Shown: one piece after another, positions 62,535-64,000 of the stretch | Layout: each line of letters begins with the position of its first letter | Numbering within the stretch: position 1 is the first letter of the stretch | Source of the DNA: Chiloscyllium plagiosum | Lineage: Eukaryota | DNA: 64,000 nt | Assembly: GCF_004010195.1 (NCBI RefSeq) | Contig: NC_057719.1 | Location: 73,692,969 to 73,756,968 of the forward strand | Direction of reading: 5' to 3' | Notes under the pieces: generated by a model | What the model saw: the letters and a program-made list of their open reading frames with translations, nothing else | Database searches by the model: none | What the model was told of the DNA's origin: nothing | Translations under genes and position numbers: made by a program

Positions 62535-63075
62535 AATTACAGAATGGTTCCATGGTGGAATGAGTCCATTTGGCCCATTGTCTCTGCACCAGCACTCCAA
62601 AGTAGCATTCACTTTGTGCTATTCTCCAGCCCAATCCCTTTGCATATTTCCTCCTTTTCGTATCGTGATCCAATTCCACCTTGAACGTCTTGATTGAGTC
62701 TCCCTCCAGCACCACCCTCAGGCAGTGCATTGAGGATCAAACACTCACTGCATGAAGAATATTCTCCTCATGTCTCCGTTGCTTTTTCGCCAATTATATC
62801 AAATCTGTGTCCCCTTATTCACAATCATTCCAATGGTGGAAACAGCTTGACCCATCTACTCTTTCCAACTTGCACATTATTTTAAGTATTTCCATCAAAT
62901 CTTTCCTCTGATGAAAATGGTCTCTCCCTCTCCGCTGTATATACCTAAATGAAGTTCTTGATCAATGGAACAGTTCTTATGAATCTTTTCAGCAGTCTCT
63001 CTAATACCTTCACACCTTGCCTAAAGTGTGATGCCCAGAACTGGACACAGTATCCTAATTGAATCCACACCAGTG
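62535..63075 (-). mobile_element. Old CR1 3' fragment
   Basis: ORF 62455-62730 VLEGDSIKTFKVELD; gcccagaactggacacagta (YCVQFW on minus strand). Confidence 0.75.
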
Positions 63076-64000
63076 TTCTGTCCGTACACAGATGTGCCCA
63101 CTTTATAACCATGACTGTACCCTACAAGTACATAGTGATGGTAAAGAGCTTTGGAAACATTGTTAGATCAAGGAAGTGAATGCGACTTTCTTTCTTCCTT
63201 TTGCAAAGTTATTTTGCTTAAAGAGAGCTGCAAGCTGATTGACAAATAACATAAATCCTGTGACACTGAGGCCGGATGTACATCCAAGTGCAGTTTACTC
63301 AATGAGAGGAACAGTTCTGTATCAACTCTTATGACAATATGGAATGTATCACCATAGATAGCTGTTGAACTATAGTCATCAAAGACATTGTTTTATTAAA
63401 GGTATTAAAAAGAGGAAGGGAAAATGGAAATGACACGAGGAAATTGGATTAAAGTAGACCACACACGCACAAGGGCTGAAGCATTCTGCTTCTGTCTTGC
63501 AGTGCCTGTATTTCTGCCACTTGCCCTCAGGAGACAGGGGAAGAGTAGAGGACAAGCAAAGTGAGGGAAAAAAGAGCAAAACAACAGCAAGGTGGGAATG
63601 AAAGAATATAACCTGGCAGAAGAAATAAAGGTGAAAGTGGGGAAAATGAGGAAGAGAAACAACAAGAAGGGGAAAAAGAACATTCTAACAGAAAATTGAA
63701 AACAAAATAATATTATAGTGACTTTTCCGTTGCACATTTATCCTGAATTTTTTCATTTTTGGGGTAAGTTTTTCTTGACACATTCCTTGTTGTGTGTGGA
63801 TAGAGGCAATATGTGTAGATTTACTCTTCTCTCTTATACACAAATACACACATATACAAAATATTATGCAGGAAAAAGATCTATTCATGATCTGAAAACA
63901 GGAAAAGGGTTGTCAAACCGATTAGACTTTGACCATGAGCAAGTTGGGAGTAACAAGACATTTTCCTAAGAGTGTATTGCAATACAACAGACAAAGCATA

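Noticed and set aside
63503..63601. Purine-rich stretch after two AG acceptor-like sites as a possible next spectrin exon
   Set aside because: The closer acceptor hits a stop in phase 0; the open alternative (CLYFCHLPSGDRGRVEDK...) has no recognisable spectrin similarity.
50091..64000. PH-domain exons of the long isoform
   Set aside because: No EG.L.RK / SRSW-type motifs found by eye; probably beyond the window.

Overview
Vertebrate genomic DNA, almost certainly from a shark or ray (HE1-type V-SINEs, HER1/CR1 LINEs, Deu-domain SINEs). The + strand carries 16 consecutive coding exons (35-50036; 2892 nt, 964 codons, all GT-AG, all phases compatible) of the C-terminal part of a beta-spectrin, best matching erythroid beta-I spectrin (SPTB). 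These include the ankyrin-binding repeats 14-15 and the tetramerisation repeat 17. The last exon ends at an internal GTCAGT donor whose read-through gives a 17-aa short tail (VSYQSKFCHSSHRFKTT*), the same switch that makes the PH-less erythroid isoform in mammals. No PH-domain exons were recognised in the remaining 14 kb. Introns are packed with decayed CR1, L2, RTE, Rex/Babar and Penelope-like elements, SINEs, one Tigger-like MITE and a 304-N gap. The most unusual structures are (i) small fold-back Penelope insertions with 10-16 bp target-site duplications and minimal hammerhead-ribozyme cores at the inversion point (best case: 180-bp palindrome at 51305-51484) and (ii) a perfect 94-bp inverted copy of local DNA carrying an (ATCTA)n retroposon tail (8114-8229). 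Family and paralogue assignments are from recalled consensus sequences, not database searches; repeat boundaries are approximate.
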